Positions 1 through 8,789 of a DNA stretch of 36,638 bases are shown piece by piece. Position 1 is the stretch's first letter. Every line of letters starts with the position of its first letter. This DNA is from a bacterium (lineage in GTDB: Bacteria; Patescibacteriota; Minisyncoccia; UBA6257; GWB1-50-10), in NCBI GenBank assembly GCA_021825465.1, contig JAKAGX010000002.1, forward strand, positions 1-36,638, in the 5' to 3' direction. A program made the position numbers and the translations under genes. Below the pieces are notes generated by a model. That model searched no databases and was not told the origin of the DNA. It worked only from the letters and a program-made list of their open reading frames with translations.

Positions 1-236
1 CTTGCGATCGGCAAACTGTTCGATTTCCCCGGTACAAAGAGGGGTGAAAAGGCATAGCCGACCACAATAAGGGCAATGAGAGCGAACGAAGCAGCCCAAG
101 CGGTGAAATACGTGCGTACGCCGACCCTTCCGCCTCGTTCAAGGGAAAGAATGGTCGCCCTGCTCTTCGCGAGAAAAGCAGCGTCGGGCTCTATCAAGCT
201 AAGCCTCTTCAGTTGTTTGGGAAAATCCCGATTCAT
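1..236 (-). CDS. Putative anti-sigma factor / single-pass membrane protein (3' end outside window)
   Basis: Manual translation from ATG at 236: MNRDFPKQLKRLSLIEPDAAFLAKSRATILSLERGGRVGVRTYFTAWAASFALIALIVVGYAFSPLFVPG..., a short cytoplasmic N-terminus then a TM helix. Overlaps the end of the ECF sigma gene, the usual anti-sigma position. Confidence 0.6.
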   Translation of the reverse strand, partial: MNRDFPKQLKRLSLIEPDAAFLAKSRATILSLERGGRVGVRTYFTAWAASFALIALIVVGYAFSPLFVPGKSNSLPIA

Positions 237-768
237 GTTTTTCTATTTCTTTCTTCAGTTGCTTCAAGGCGCGATGCTGAATGACCCGTATCGCCCCTTC
301 GCTTTTGTCGAGCGCGCCTGCGATCTCCCGATTCGTCATATCATCGACGAACTTCATGATGAGAACATCCTGGTACGCCGGCTCGAGAGAAGCAACGCAA
401 TTTTTCACCATCGCGAGATCCGAGTCAAAATCCAGCTTTTTGGCCAAATCCGGATCCGCGGAGAACGTTTCTTCCGGAACGACATCGATGTCGACCACCG
501 GACGCTTGGTCCGCCAGTAATCGATGACCGCATTCCGAGCGACCTTATAAAGGTAGCTTGAAAAGGGCACCCCCCGTACGTCGAATGTTTCGATATTTTT
601 CCAAGCGCTCAAAAAAACTTCATGGGTAAGGTCTTCCGCCTCGCCCTTCCTTCCTCCGAGCTTCAAGAAGAAATACCGGTAAATCTTCGGGGCATACTTG
701 TCGTATATTTCGCCAAATGAAGGGCTATCCCCTTTTTTGGCCTTTCTCAAGAGCTTTTCGTCCTCCAT
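199..768 (-). CDS. RNA polymerase ECF-type sigma-70 factor
   Basis: 189 aa with region 2 (AEDLTHEVFLSAW, FSSYLYKVARNAVIDYWR) and region 4 HTH (MTNREIAGALDKSEGAIRVIQHRALKQLK). Confidence 0.93.
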   Translation of the reverse strand: MEDEKLLRKAKKGDSPSFGEIYDKYAPKIYRYFFLKLGGRKGEAEDLTHEVFLSAWKNIETFDVRGVPFSSYLYKVARNAVIDYWRTKRPVVDIDVVPEETFSADPDLAKKLDFDSDLAMVKNCVASLEPAYQDVLIMKFVDDMTNREIAGALDKSEGAIRVIQHRALKQLKKEIEKHESGFSQTTEEA

Positions 769-775
769 AGGTTAA

Positions 776-800
776 AACGACGCCGTTCCGATTTTGTTTC
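776..800 (-). promoter_or_regulatory. Candidate autoregulatory ECF promoter GAAAC-N16-CGTT
   Basis: Minus strand reads GAAAC AAAATCGGAACGGCGT CGTT TTAACCT ATG, matching the generic ECF AAC...CGT layout 7 nt before the sigma start codon. Confidence 0.45.
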
Positions 801-897
801 TGCGTTACAGATCCAGAGTGTAACACTGCGTAACAAGCGTCAGGAAAATGGTAGCAATAACCGCAGAAAAGGGCAAGAAATAAGAGGATTTTTTAAA

Positions 898-930
898 TGG
901 AGCGGGTAAGAGAGGGATTGGTTCGACTCC
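898..930 (-). repeat. Anti-T-arm sequence and duplicated 3' end of tRNA-Gly
   Basis: Minus strand reads GGAGTCGAACC-AAT-CCCTCTC (complementary to tRNA GAGAGGGGTTCGACTCC), then TTACCCGCTCCA, which repeats the tRNA 3' end. Confidence 0.75.
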
Positions 931-944
931 TGAGATAGATTTTG

Positions 945-1015
945 AGCGGGTAAGGGGAGTCGAACCCCTCTCATCAGCTTGGAAAGCTGAGGTAATACCG
1001 ATATACGATACCCGC
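945..1015 (-). tRNA. tRNA-Gly(TCC)
   Basis: GCGGGTA/TACCCGC acceptor stem, TCAGC-TTTCCAA-GCTGA anticodon arm, GGTTCGACTCC T loop. CCA not encoded at this copy. TTGCCC-N17-TAAGAT upstream. Confidence 0.95.
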
Positions 1016-1096
1016 ACGTGACGGTTTTAATCTTAAACAAAAAGGCGATTCGGGGCAAGCTGGAAAAACGAATCGAATAATGGTAGAGTCTAGGGA

Positions 1097-1729
1097 ATGA
1101 AATTTAAGGACAAGAAATCCGATATCATCGAGGACAAGCATTTGCGGCAAAAAATAGCGCTTCTCGTCGTGCCGGTCATTGCGATCGTCGGCCTCGCCGT
1201 TTATGCAGCAGCAGGCCAAAACACCACGGAACCGCCTCAAGGCTTCGTCGCCTCCCGGCAAAACCTTTCCGAGATCAGCAAGGATATCGCAAACTTGAAC
1301 CAAGAGATGTCACGGGAGATCTCGACGATCCAAGAGGCCAAGAAGGCGGGTGATACGGGAAAGGCCCTGCAAGCAATTCAAAGCGCCAAACAGACGAATG
1401 CCGAAGCGGTCACAAAAGCCCAAAGTTTTTCCGCGGGCCTCGCAGAGATGTCAAAATCCTTGAGCGGCTTCACCTCGACGACGAGCCAAACGCTGGCCGC
1501 CCAAGCCGTCGCAACCGAAATTTCGCTGACCAACGAATTCATAACCTACACGAAACTTCTCGACAACTTCCTCACTCTCCTCTCGGCATCGATCACGAAC
1601 GACAATCCGACCATCGAAAACAACATCAAAACCTCGCTTGCCGAAATCAATAAAAAGGTTGACGACATCAATAAATTGAACCAAACGTTCCTTCAGGAGA
1701 TCGCAAGCTTCGATAAATCCCTTCAATAA
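1097..1729 (+). CDS. Hypothetical membrane-anchored coiled-coil protein
   Basis: 210 aa, one N-terminal TM (IALLVVPVIAIVGLAVYAA), then heptad-rich helical sequence. First gene of a tightly packed operon. Confidence 0.8.
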   Translation: MKFKDKKSDIIEDKHLRQKIALLVVPVIAIVGLAVYAAAGQNTTEPPQGFVASRQNLSEISKDIANLNQEMSREISTIQEAKKAGDTGKALQAIQSAKQTNAEAVTKAQSFSAGLAEMSKSLSGFTSTTSQTLAAQAVATEISLTNEFITYTKLLDNFLTLLSASITNDNPTIENNIKTSLAEINKKVDDINKLNQTFLQEIASFDKSLQ

Positions 1730-1731
1730 CC

Positions 1732-2094
1732 ATGAAGTTTATCGGCAAATTCATCTTTCACGTCTTCTCGAATATCATCGCGATACTCGTGACCAATTAT
1801 GCGGTCCCGGGCTTCTTTTCCGGCGGGATACAGGACCTTGTGATCGCCGCGCTTATTCTTTCCGTCATCAACACATTCCTCAAGCCCCTTCTGAAACTCC
1901 TCTCGGGCCCGCTTATCCTTCTCACGTTCGGCCTTTTCACCATCGTCATCAACGCTGTTTCGATCTATATCCTTGACATAGTGAGCCAAGCGATTACAAT
2001 TCAAGGATTGAAGGAGCTTATCATTGCGACGCTTATCATAAGCTTCGTAAATTTCATCGTAAGCTCATCGGCAAAACTCGGATATAAAAAATAA
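1732..2094 (+). CDS. Phage holin family / YvlD-like 4-TM membrane protein
   Basis: AALILSVINTFLKPLLKLLSGPLILLTFGLFTIVINA is the characteristic motif of this family. Confidence 0.85.
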   Translation: MKFIGKFIFHVFSNIIAILVTNYAVPGFFSGGIQDLVIAALILSVINTFLKPLLKLLSGPLILLTFGLFTIVINAVSIYILDIVSQAITIQGLKELIIATLIISFVNFIVSSSAKLGYKK

Positions 2095-2301
2095 ATGATC
2101 CTTGCACTCCAAATAGCGGTTTCGATCATCCTCATCATCCTCGTCATCATTCAAGAGCGGGCAAGCGGCATTTCAGGCGTTTTCGGCGGGCAGGGCGCAA
2201 CTCCCTACCAAACGAGAAGGGGGCTTGAAAAAACCATCTTCTATGCGACCATCGTATTCGCCGTCATTTTCGCGGCGCTTGCGATAGCGAATCTGCTCTA
2301 G
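2095..2301 (+). CDS. secG: Preprotein translocase subunit SecG
   Basis: 68 aa, two TMs around a QERASGISGVFGG...TRRGLEK loop. Confidence 0.9.
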   Translation: MILALQIAVSIILIILVIIQERASGISGVFGGQGATPYQTRRGLEKTIFYATIVFAVIFAALAIANLL

Positions 2302-2376
2302 ATATAGACAGATAGAAACGGATATAATAGATATACAACATATCTCCGTCTTTATCCGTAGTATCCGTCTTATCTC
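2300..2376. repeat. Short-period repeat palindrome (GATA-rich arm / TATCC-rich arm)
   Basis: gatatagacagatagaaacggatata ... tatctccgtctttatccgtagtatccgtcttatctc forms an imperfect hairpin between secG and the next gene. Confidence 0.55.
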
Positions 2377-2382
2377 GATTTC

Positions 2383-3993
2383 ATGAACTTACTTAGCATC
2401 ATCTTCGATAAATTCTCAACGAAAGAAAGGAAGCTTTTTCTCGGCGGCATTATTCTCGTTGTCCTTCTCCTTATATTCCTGGTGTTCCTCATCATACGAG
2501 ACTCTGGCACCTTCGTTTCCATTCCCGGAGGGTCCTATACGGAGGGTATCGTAGGTCAGCCGATCAACATCAATCCAATCCTCTCTGCAAACCCCACCGA
2601 TCAGGAAATGAGCCTTCTTTTGTATTCCCGCCTTTCCAACCTCCTCCAAACATGGAATGCGAGCTCCGACGGCAAAACCTACACCCTGGAGCTTAAAGAT
2701 GGCTTGAAGTGGAGCGACGGGCAGCCCCTTACAAGCGATGACGTCCTCTTTACCATCAATACGGTGCAAAATTACAACGCCCATTCTCCTTTCTATCAAA
2801 GTTGGCAGGGCGTCTCGGCGGAGCGCGTGAGTTCCCTTCAAATAAAGATAACCCTTCCGAATCAAAACGTCTTCTTTATGGACAATGTCGACAATCTCCC
2901 CGTAATACCGGAACACATTTACGGGTCGATACCGGCGGAGAACTACTCGCTCTCGGATTACAAACTGCAGCCGATCGGGAGCGGCCCCTATCTCTTCAAA
3001 AGTTTTGCAAAAAGGAAGGATGGCTTCATAACGTCGTATGAACTTGCCGCAAATCCCTTCTACGCCGGAACCAAGCCGCTTATACCGACCTTCTCGTTCA
3101 AATTTTTCGAAAATACCGACGAAGTCACCCAAGCCCTGGAACTCCACCAGATCAACGGCTACGGCTCGATGTGGCCGACCGGCATCGACACCTCCCTCTT
3201 GAAAGGCTTTGTTGTCGACACGATCCCGGCATCCGACTACTACGCTGTCTTTTTCAATCCTGCCGTGAACCCCATACTGAAGGACCCGAACATACGGGCG
3301 GCCCTCACCATGAGCATCGATACGAATGAGATCATTGATAAGGTCCTCTCGCCGGAAGCGACGCCGGCGGCAGGACCGGTTCTCATTCCGGGAATTCCGG
3401 CCCCGACATCGACATCGAGCACATCGACGGCAGCAAGCCTTGTCAGCAAGTATAAATCGAAAAACAAAAACCAGCCCCTCACCATCACCTTGTCGGTACC
3501 GGACGTTCAATTCTTGAAGAACGTGGCGCAAATCATCCAAAGCGACTGGGAAAGCATCGGCATCGATCAGGTGAACATTCAAACCGTCGATATGTCAGAT
3601 CCGGTGAATTCCCCCCTTAAGACCAGGGATTATGACGCGCTTCTTTTCGGAAACTTCCTTCAAAATCCCGAAGATCTCTTCCCCTTCTGGCACTCCTCTC
3701 AAACAACCTATCCCGGCCTCAATCTTGCTTCGTACCAAAGCACGAAAGCCGACAATCTCATGGAAACGATCAGAGAAACCTCCGACGAGGGCACGCGGCA
3801 AACGCTTCTTGCAAATCTTCAATCGACCATCATGAACGATGACCCGGCGGCTTTTCTTTTCTCGCTCCCTTATCTATACATCCACTCGGACGACCTTCGG
3901 GGATTTGCAAGCGGACACGTTGCATCGCCTTCCGACCTGTACCGCGACGTGAGCCACTGGTCGATCGCGGAAGTGCAAGTGATAAAACCATGA
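2383..3993 (+). CDS. ABC transporter solute-binding protein, family 5 (OppA/DppA-like), N-terminal TM anchor
   Basis: SSDGKTYTLELKDGLKWSDGQPLTSDDVLFTI and PIGSGPY are family-5 motifs. Confidence 0.9.
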   Translation: MNLLSIIFDKFSTKERKLFLGGIILVVLLLIFLVFLIIRDSGTFVSIPGGSYTEGIVGQPININPILSANPTDQEMSLLLYSRLSNLLQTWNASSDGKTYTLELKDGLKWSDGQPLTSDDVLFTINTVQNYNAHSPFYQSWQGVSAERVSSLQIKITLPNQNVFFMDNVDNLPVIPEHIYGSIPAENYSLSDYKLQPIGSGPYLFKSFAKRKDGFITSYELAANPFYAGTKPLIPTFSFKFFENTDEVTQALELHQINGYGSMWPTGIDTSLLKGFVVDTIPASDYYAVFFNPAVNPILKDPNIRAALTMSIDTNEIIDKVLSPEATPAAGPVLIPGIPAPTSTSSTSTAASLVSKYKSKNKNQPLTITLSVPDVQFLKNVAQIIQSDWESIGIDQVNIQTVDMSDPVNSPLKTRDYDALLFGNFLQNPEDLFPFWHSSQTTYPGLNLASYQSTKADNLMETIRETSDEGTRQTLLANLQSTIMNDDPAAFLFSLPYLYIHSDDLRGFASGHVASPSDLYRDVSHWSIAEVQVIKP

Positions 3994-4967
3994 CCTCATT
4001 CGAAAAGAATCTCCGCCGCTTCGAGAGCCAGCTTTCGAGCCGGAACATCAAAACGGCAAATTTCAAAGGACTCAAAGATCCGAAACCGGATGCCATCGTC
4101 ATCTGCGGCATGGGCGGATCGGGCCTCGCGGGCGACATCATCCGGGAACACGCCGCAATCCTCAAGATCCCCGTTCCCGTCGTGACCCTAAAGAACGATG
4201 GATTGCTCCCACTCCCTTTCAAGCGCCCGTTCTATATTTGCATCTCTTTCTCGGGCAACACCGAAGAAACCATCCACTGTCTTACCGAAGCCTTGAAGGC
4301 GAAGAAAAAATCCGGCATCGCGATCGTAACGGGGAGAGGCGGGACAATGAGAAAAATTGCGGAAAAAAAGATGCTTCCGGCGTCTTATTTCGACCCCGGG
4401 GACTTGACACCGCGTGAAGCTTCTGGCATGATGTACTACGGAATAGCGAGCGTACTCCAGGCGATCTTCCCCGCAGTCGCCGTTCGGGACCTCTCCCGAA
4501 CGATCAAGGCGGCTCAGTTTTCCGCACGCGGCATATCGCTAGCCGGGAAACTCAAAGGGAAAAATATTCTGGTGTATTCCGACGAAGCACATGCGGCCCT
4601 GGGCTACATCTGGAAGATCAGCTTCAATGAAACAGGCAAGAACGCCGCATTTTGGAACACATATTCGGAAATCAATCATAACGAGATCGTCGGCTTCGAA
4701 AACATCAAAGGGCCCTGGTTCGCCCTTTGGCTTACGGACCCCGCTCTCGAACGGAAGAATAAAGATAAAATAAAATTCGTCGCGCAAAAAATGAAACAGC
4801 GCGGCATTGAAAGCGCAATGATTCCCCTCGAAGGGAAAAATGACGAGGAAAAATTTTGGAACGGCGTCGCGTTCGCTTGGTGGACCGCACTCGGCCTCGC
4901 GAAGAAGAACGGCGTCGCGCCGGAAGAAACAAAAATCATCGACGAACTTAAGAAACGGTTTCAATAA
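3990..4967 (+). CDS. SIS-domain bifunctional phosphoglucose/phosphomannose isomerase
   Basis: CGMGGSG, ISFSGNTEET, WKISFNETGK and SEINHNEIVGF motifs. Confidence 0.88.
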   Translation: MTSFEKNLRRFESQLSSRNIKTANFKGLKDPKPDAIVICGMGGSGLAGDIIREHAAILKIPVPVVTLKNDGLLPLPFKRPFYICISFSGNTEETIHCLTEALKAKKKSGIAIVTGRGGTMRKIAEKKMLPASYFDPGDLTPREASGMMYYGIASVLQAIFPAVAVRDLSRTIKAAQFSARGISLAGKLKGKNILVYSDEAHAALGYIWKISFNETGKNAAFWNTYSEINHNEIVGFENIKGPWFALWLTDPALERKNKDKIKFVAQKMKQRGIESAMIPLEGKNDEEKFWNGVAFAWWTALGLAKKNGVAPEETKIIDELKKRFQ

Positions 4968-4979
4968 CGTCTGGGCAGG

Positions 4980-5106
4980 CCCCCACACCTAAGCGAAAGT
5001 GTGTATCCATTTATCTTTTCACTTACTATCGATACTAAAGCGAATAACAAAGAGAGATTTAAAATGTAAAACACTAAAGAAATTTCCTTTCGCTTAGGTG
5101 TGGGGG
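4980..5106. mobile_element. 127-bp MITE-like element, 20-bp perfect terminal inverted repeats, CAGG target duplication, inserted in the 5' end of tRNA-Leu
   Basis: CCCCCACACCTAAGCGAAAG (4980-4999) / CTTTCGCTTAGGTGTGGGGG (5087-5106). CAGG at 4976-4979 and 5107-5110. AT-rich non-coding interior. Confidence 0.8.
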
Positions 5107-5187
5107 CAGGTGGCGGAACCGGCAGACGCGCAGGCTTCAGGAGCCTGTGGGAGCAATCCCGTGAGGGTTCAAGTCCCTCTCTGCCCA
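5104..5187 (+). tRNA. tRNA-Leu(CAG)
   Basis: GGGCAGG/TCTGCCC acceptor stem, CAGGC-TTCAGGA-GCCTG anticodon arm, long variable arm GGGAGCAATCCC, GAGGGTTCAAGTCCCTC T arm. Confidence 0.95.
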
Positions 5188-5302
5188 CAATGAAAATTAA
5201 AAAAGTCGAATAATTTTCAGAACTAAACACTCGGCGGGCCCCTTCACCGTCCGCGGTTTAGCACATACTCAATAAAAAGTCGTTAGAAAAATAAAAAAAT
5301 AT

Positions 5303-7018
5303 ATGACTCCAAGAGGAGTAAAAACAAACATCAAACCGCCGGAAAAAGTGTCCGGCGACCACGTCCGCCTTGCGGCCCTCGGCGGACTTGAAGAAATCGG
5401 CCGCAACATGTCGTTCATCGAATACAAGAACGACATCGTCGCGATCGACATGGGCCTCCAGTTCCCCGAGGAAACGACGCCGGGCGTCGACTTCATCATC
5501 CCGAACGTCTCGTATCTCGAAGAACGAAAAGAAAAGGTCAAAGCGGTCATCATCACACACGCCCACTACGACCACATCGGCGCCATGCCCTACCTTATGG
5601 GCAAACTCGGCAACCCTCCGGTATATGCCACGAGGATGTCGCGCGCCATTATCGAAAAGCGGCAGAACGAATTCACCAATGCACCGCGCCTCCGGGTGCA
5701 GGAAGTACGATATGGTGACCGCTTCAAGATCAGCGAGAACATCGAACTCGAATTTTTCGGCGTTGATCACACGATCCCCGAAACCATGGGCGTCATCGTA
5801 AAAACGCCCGTCGGGAATATCGTCCACTTCGCCGACTTCCGCATCGAATACAACGAGAAGGACGAGCCGCAAGGCCTCGAAACCTTCAAGCGCATCGGCG
5901 ACATGGGCGTCCACACCTTCATGGTGGACAGCACGAATGCCGAAGAAGAAGGCCATTCGCTTTCAGAAAAAGTCATCGAAAAGAACATCGAGATGCTCAT
6001 CAAGCAAGCGAAAGGCAGGATCATCCTTGCAACCTTTTCTTCGATGATTACGAGAATCGCCGAGATCATCAAAATCGCCGAGAAACTCGGAAAGAAGGTC
6101 GCCGTGAACGGCCGATCGATGCGGGACAACGTCCTCATCGCGAAAAACCTCGGATACGTCAAGACAAAGAACAAAGACACCTTGATCGCGGTCGAGGACA
6201 TCCACAAATACAAAGACAATGAGGTTCTCATCCTTTCGACCGGCGCCCAAGGAGAATCTTCCGCGGGCCTCATGAAGATCGTGACGGGAATCCACAAGTA
6301 CATCAAGCTGAAGGTCGGCGACACCGTCATCTTTTCGTCTTCCGTCATCCCGGGAAACGAACGCGGCGTGCAAAACCTCAAGGACAACTTGGCGCGGCAG
6401 GGCGCGATCGTCTACACCTCATCCATCATCGACATCCACGTGAGCGGACACGCCATGAAGGATGATATCGATCTCGCTGTGCGGGCGCTTCGGCCGAAAT
6501 TCGTCATGCCGGTCCACGGTTATTACTTCATGCGATTCGCAAACGGCCAAAACGCCGTCCGCGCCGGCGTGCGGCCGGAAAACGTCCGACTTATGGATAA
6601 CGGACAAGTCGCCCGCCTCACAAAAGAAGAGTTCGTCATAACGGGGGAAACCGTTCCGGCGAACTACGTTTTAGTCGACGGCCTCGGCGTCGGCGACATC
6701 GGCGAAGTGGTCCTTCGGGACCGCTTGCTGCTCGCTGAAGAAGGCATGTTCGTCGTCATCACGACCCTCGACCGGAAAACCGGTCGGGTCATAAAAAACC
6801 CGGACATCATTTCGCGCGGCTTCATTTACCTCCGCGAAAATCAGGAGCTTTTGGACGAGATCCGGCGGAAGGTGCGCGGCATCTTCGGCAGGATCCCCCG
6901 CCGCGAGGAAGTGGACACCGATTATTTGAAAGCCCTCATTCGGGACCAGATCGGCCAATTCTTGTACAACAAGACGAAACGGAGACCGATGGTCTTGCCG
7001 GTGATCATCGAGATTTAG
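5303..7018 (+). CDS. rnj: Ribonuclease J
   Basis: LGGLEEIGRNM, THAHYDHIGA, DSTNAE, HVSGHA, PVHG and C-terminal RRPMVLPVIIEI. Confidence 0.96.
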   Translation: MTPRGVKTNIKPPEKVSGDHVRLAALGGLEEIGRNMSFIEYKNDIVAIDMGLQFPEETTPGVDFIIPNVSYLEERKEKVKAVIITHAHYDHIGAMPYLMGKLGNPPVYATRMSRAIIEKRQNEFTNAPRLRVQEVRYGDRFKISENIELEFFGVDHTIPETMGVIVKTPVGNIVHFADFRIEYNEKDEPQGLETFKRIGDMGVHTFMVDSTNAEEEGHSLSEKVIEKNIEMLIKQAKGRIILATFSSMITRIAEIIKIAEKLGKKVAVNGRSMRDNVLIAKNLGYVKTKNKDTLIAVEDIHKYKDNEVLILSTGAQGESSAGLMKIVTGIHKYIKLKVGDTVIFSSSVIPGNERGVQNLKDNLARQGAIVYTSSIIDIHVSGHAMKDDIDLAVRALRPKFVMPVHGYYFMRFANGQNAVRAGVRPENVRLMDNGQVARLTKEEFVITGETVPANYVLVDGLGVGDIGEVVLRDRLLLAEEGMFVVITTLDRKTGRVIKNPDIISRGFIYLRENQELLDEIRRKVRGIFGRIPRREEVDTDYLKALIRDQIGQFLYNKTKRRPMVLPVIIEI

Positions 7019-7020
7019 AA

Positions 7021-7092
7021 GATAATGGATAATAGATAGAGAATTGGAGAAACGCGGCGTGCACTATCAAATATCCATTATCTATTATCCTA
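7021..7092. repeat. Inverted heptamer-repeat hairpin
   Basis: GATAATG GATAATA GATAGAG ... TATCAAA TATCCAT TATCTAT TATCCTA between rnj and trpS. Confidence 0.65.
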
Positions 7093-7117
7093 TTCCCGGC
7101 TACGGTATAATACCTTT

Positions 7118-8110
7118 ATGCCAAAACCGGTGCTTGTGTCGGGCATCCAGCCGACGGGAAAACTGCATATCGGGAATTACTTGGGATCACTGAAGAATTT
7201 CGTCGCGCTTCAAGACCTCGACGAATATCAATGCTTCTTTTTCATCGCCGACCTCCATTCCCTGACCGAGGATTTCGACCCGAAAGAAAAGGCAAGTCAA
7301 ATACGGAACGTGGTCGCCGACTATCTCGCTGCGGGTCTCAATCCGAAGCAATCGGTCATTTTCCAGCAATCGGAGATTCCGGCACACGCGGAACTCGCCG
7401 TCATTTTGAACAACTTCGCCCCGATCGGAGAAATGGAACGAATGACGCAATTCAAGGACAAGTCCAAAAACCAGGCCGGCAACATCAATATGGGCCTCTT
7501 CGACTATCCCGTCCTCATGGCGGCCGATATCCTTCTCTACGGCGCATCCGTCGTCCCCGTCGGCGAGGATCAAGTACAGCACCTCGAGCTTGCCCGGACG
7601 CTCGCCCGAAGATTCAATGCAAAATTCGGCAAAACATTCGTCGAACCGAAGCCGATCCTCACGGAAGCGAAACGCATCATGAGCCTGGACGATCCGACGA
7701 AAAAAATGTCCAAGTCGCGGCCCCAAGGATGCCTCTTCCTCGACGACGAGCCGGACGTGATCCGCAAAAAGGTCCAGCGCGCAGTGACCGATTCCGGCAG
7801 CGAAATTAAATATGATCCGGAGCGGAAGCCTGCACTCTCGAATCTCATGAGCGTGTATGCGAACATGGCGGACGTCCGCATGGATCAAATCGAATCCGCG
7901 TTCAAAGGGAAGGGCTACGGCGACTTCAAAAAAGGCCTCGCCGAAGTCATCATACAAGCGCTCGCGCCGTTCCAAGAAAAGAAGCGGAAACTCCTTGCAA
8001 GCCCGGGCATCATCAAAAAAGCGCTCGCCGCCGGGAACAAAAAAGCGAGTTCGGTTGCCGATAAAAAAATCGAGGAAATAAAAGAGAAAATAGGCATATC
8101 ACTTGACTAG
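7118..8110 (+). CDS. trpS: Tryptophan--tRNA ligase
   Basis: SGIQPTGKLHIGNYLG, YPVLMAADIL, VPVGEDQVQHLEL, KMSKS. Confidence 0.97.
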   Translation: MPKPVLVSGIQPTGKLHIGNYLGSLKNFVALQDLDEYQCFFFIADLHSLTEDFDPKEKASQIRNVVADYLAAGLNPKQSVIFQQSEIPAHAELAVILNNFAPIGEMERMTQFKDKSKNQAGNINMGLFDYPVLMAADILLYGASVVPVGEDQVQHLELARTLARRFNAKFGKTFVEPKPILTEAKRIMSLDDPTKKMSKSRPQGCLFLDDEPDVIRKKVQRAVTDSGSEIKYDPERKPALSNLMSVYANMADVRMDQIESAFKGKGYGDFKKGLAEVIIQALAPFQEKKRKLLASPGIIKKALAAGNKKASSVADKKIEEIKEKIGISLD

Positions 8111-8131
8111 GCAGCCCAACGATGTTATTAT
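8103..8131 (+). promoter_or_regulatory. Sigma-70 promoter TTGACT-N17-TATTAT
   Basis: Canonical spacing with an extended -10 TG, followed by GGAG and ATG at 8145. Confidence 0.6.
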
Positions 8132-8144
8132 TTACGGAGTAATT

Positions 8145-8603
8145 ATGAGTATTGAAAATTTCCCGACCGAGCACCAATCAACATTCGAAGAAATGGAGCG
8201 CGAACTCGGCGACCCCGAGAGACTGCGGCTCCCCGTCGATTTGGAAAAGTTGAGGGAAGAAGTCGCCGAAGAAGGACTCAAGAAGCTGATCGACAGCACC
8301 ATTCAGTACTGCGAGCGATATACCGAAAGCGTCGCCGCATACAAGGAGTTGCTCACCGACCCTTCAAGAGACAAAGCCGACCAAGCGCAGCTCGATATGA
8401 CGGAACACGTCGTCCACGACGCGACCGTCGATGCGATCAACATCCTCGCGCGAGAGCTCAAGAAAGCGGGCTATGACACGCGTTGGATCGCTTCTTTCAG
8501 ATCGAGAGCTGAGTATGGAAGGTTGGCTCTCTTCACGACCTACAGAATTCTAGAGAGACAAGTACCCAATCAAAATAAAGAAAGGGCCGATCATGAAAAG
8601 TAA
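8145..8603 (+). CDS. Hypothetical helical protein (possibly DUF3232-like)
   Basis: Has its own promoter and SD. HDATVDAINILAR...G...W...R..YG resembles DUF3232 from memory; not verified. Confidence 0.7.
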   Translation: MSIENFPTEHQSTFEEMERELGDPERLRLPVDLEKLREEVAEEGLKKLIDSTIQYCERYTESVAAYKELLTDPSRDKADQAQLDMTEHVVHDATVDAINILARELKKAGYDTRWIASFRSRAEYGRLALFTTYRILERQVPNQNKERADHEK

Positions 8604-8778
8604 GCTCACGAAGGCCGAAAAGGACGGGCTGGTCTTTAAATATGTAAGGCTGGCCATAAACCGGAAAAACGGCGCCAACGGCGAAGTGAAGAAAGAAATG
8701 GAAGAAATACGCGAGGCCCTCAATATGTCACACGAAGACATCATTCGAGAAGCCGAGCGTCTCACCACCGGCGCATAG
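8593..8778 (+). CDS. Small hypothetical protein (61 aa)
   Basis: Overlaps the upstream stop, purine-rich SD-like sequence, followed by a terminator hairpin. Confidence 0.65.
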   Translation: MKSKLTKAEKDGLVFKYVRLAINRKNGANGEVKKEMEEIREALNMSHEDIIREAERLTTGA

Positions 8779-8789
8779 TCTAAAAACCA

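Noticed and set aside
1732..2094. Holin as evidence of a prophage
   Set aside because: This family is common in chromosomal housekeeping contexts, and no other phage genes are present.
2416..3582. Long antisense ORFs (this one; also 7187-7975, 9916-10875, 18468-19481, 21707-22723)
   Set aside because: Shadow frames of well-supported genes, with no recognisable motifs.
5190..5262. Hairpins after tRNA-Leu (TGAAAATTA/TAATTTTCA; CTAAAC/GTTTAG) as an rnj leader element
   Set aside because: Short, weak stems with no recognisable motif; not distinguishable from chance without comparative data.
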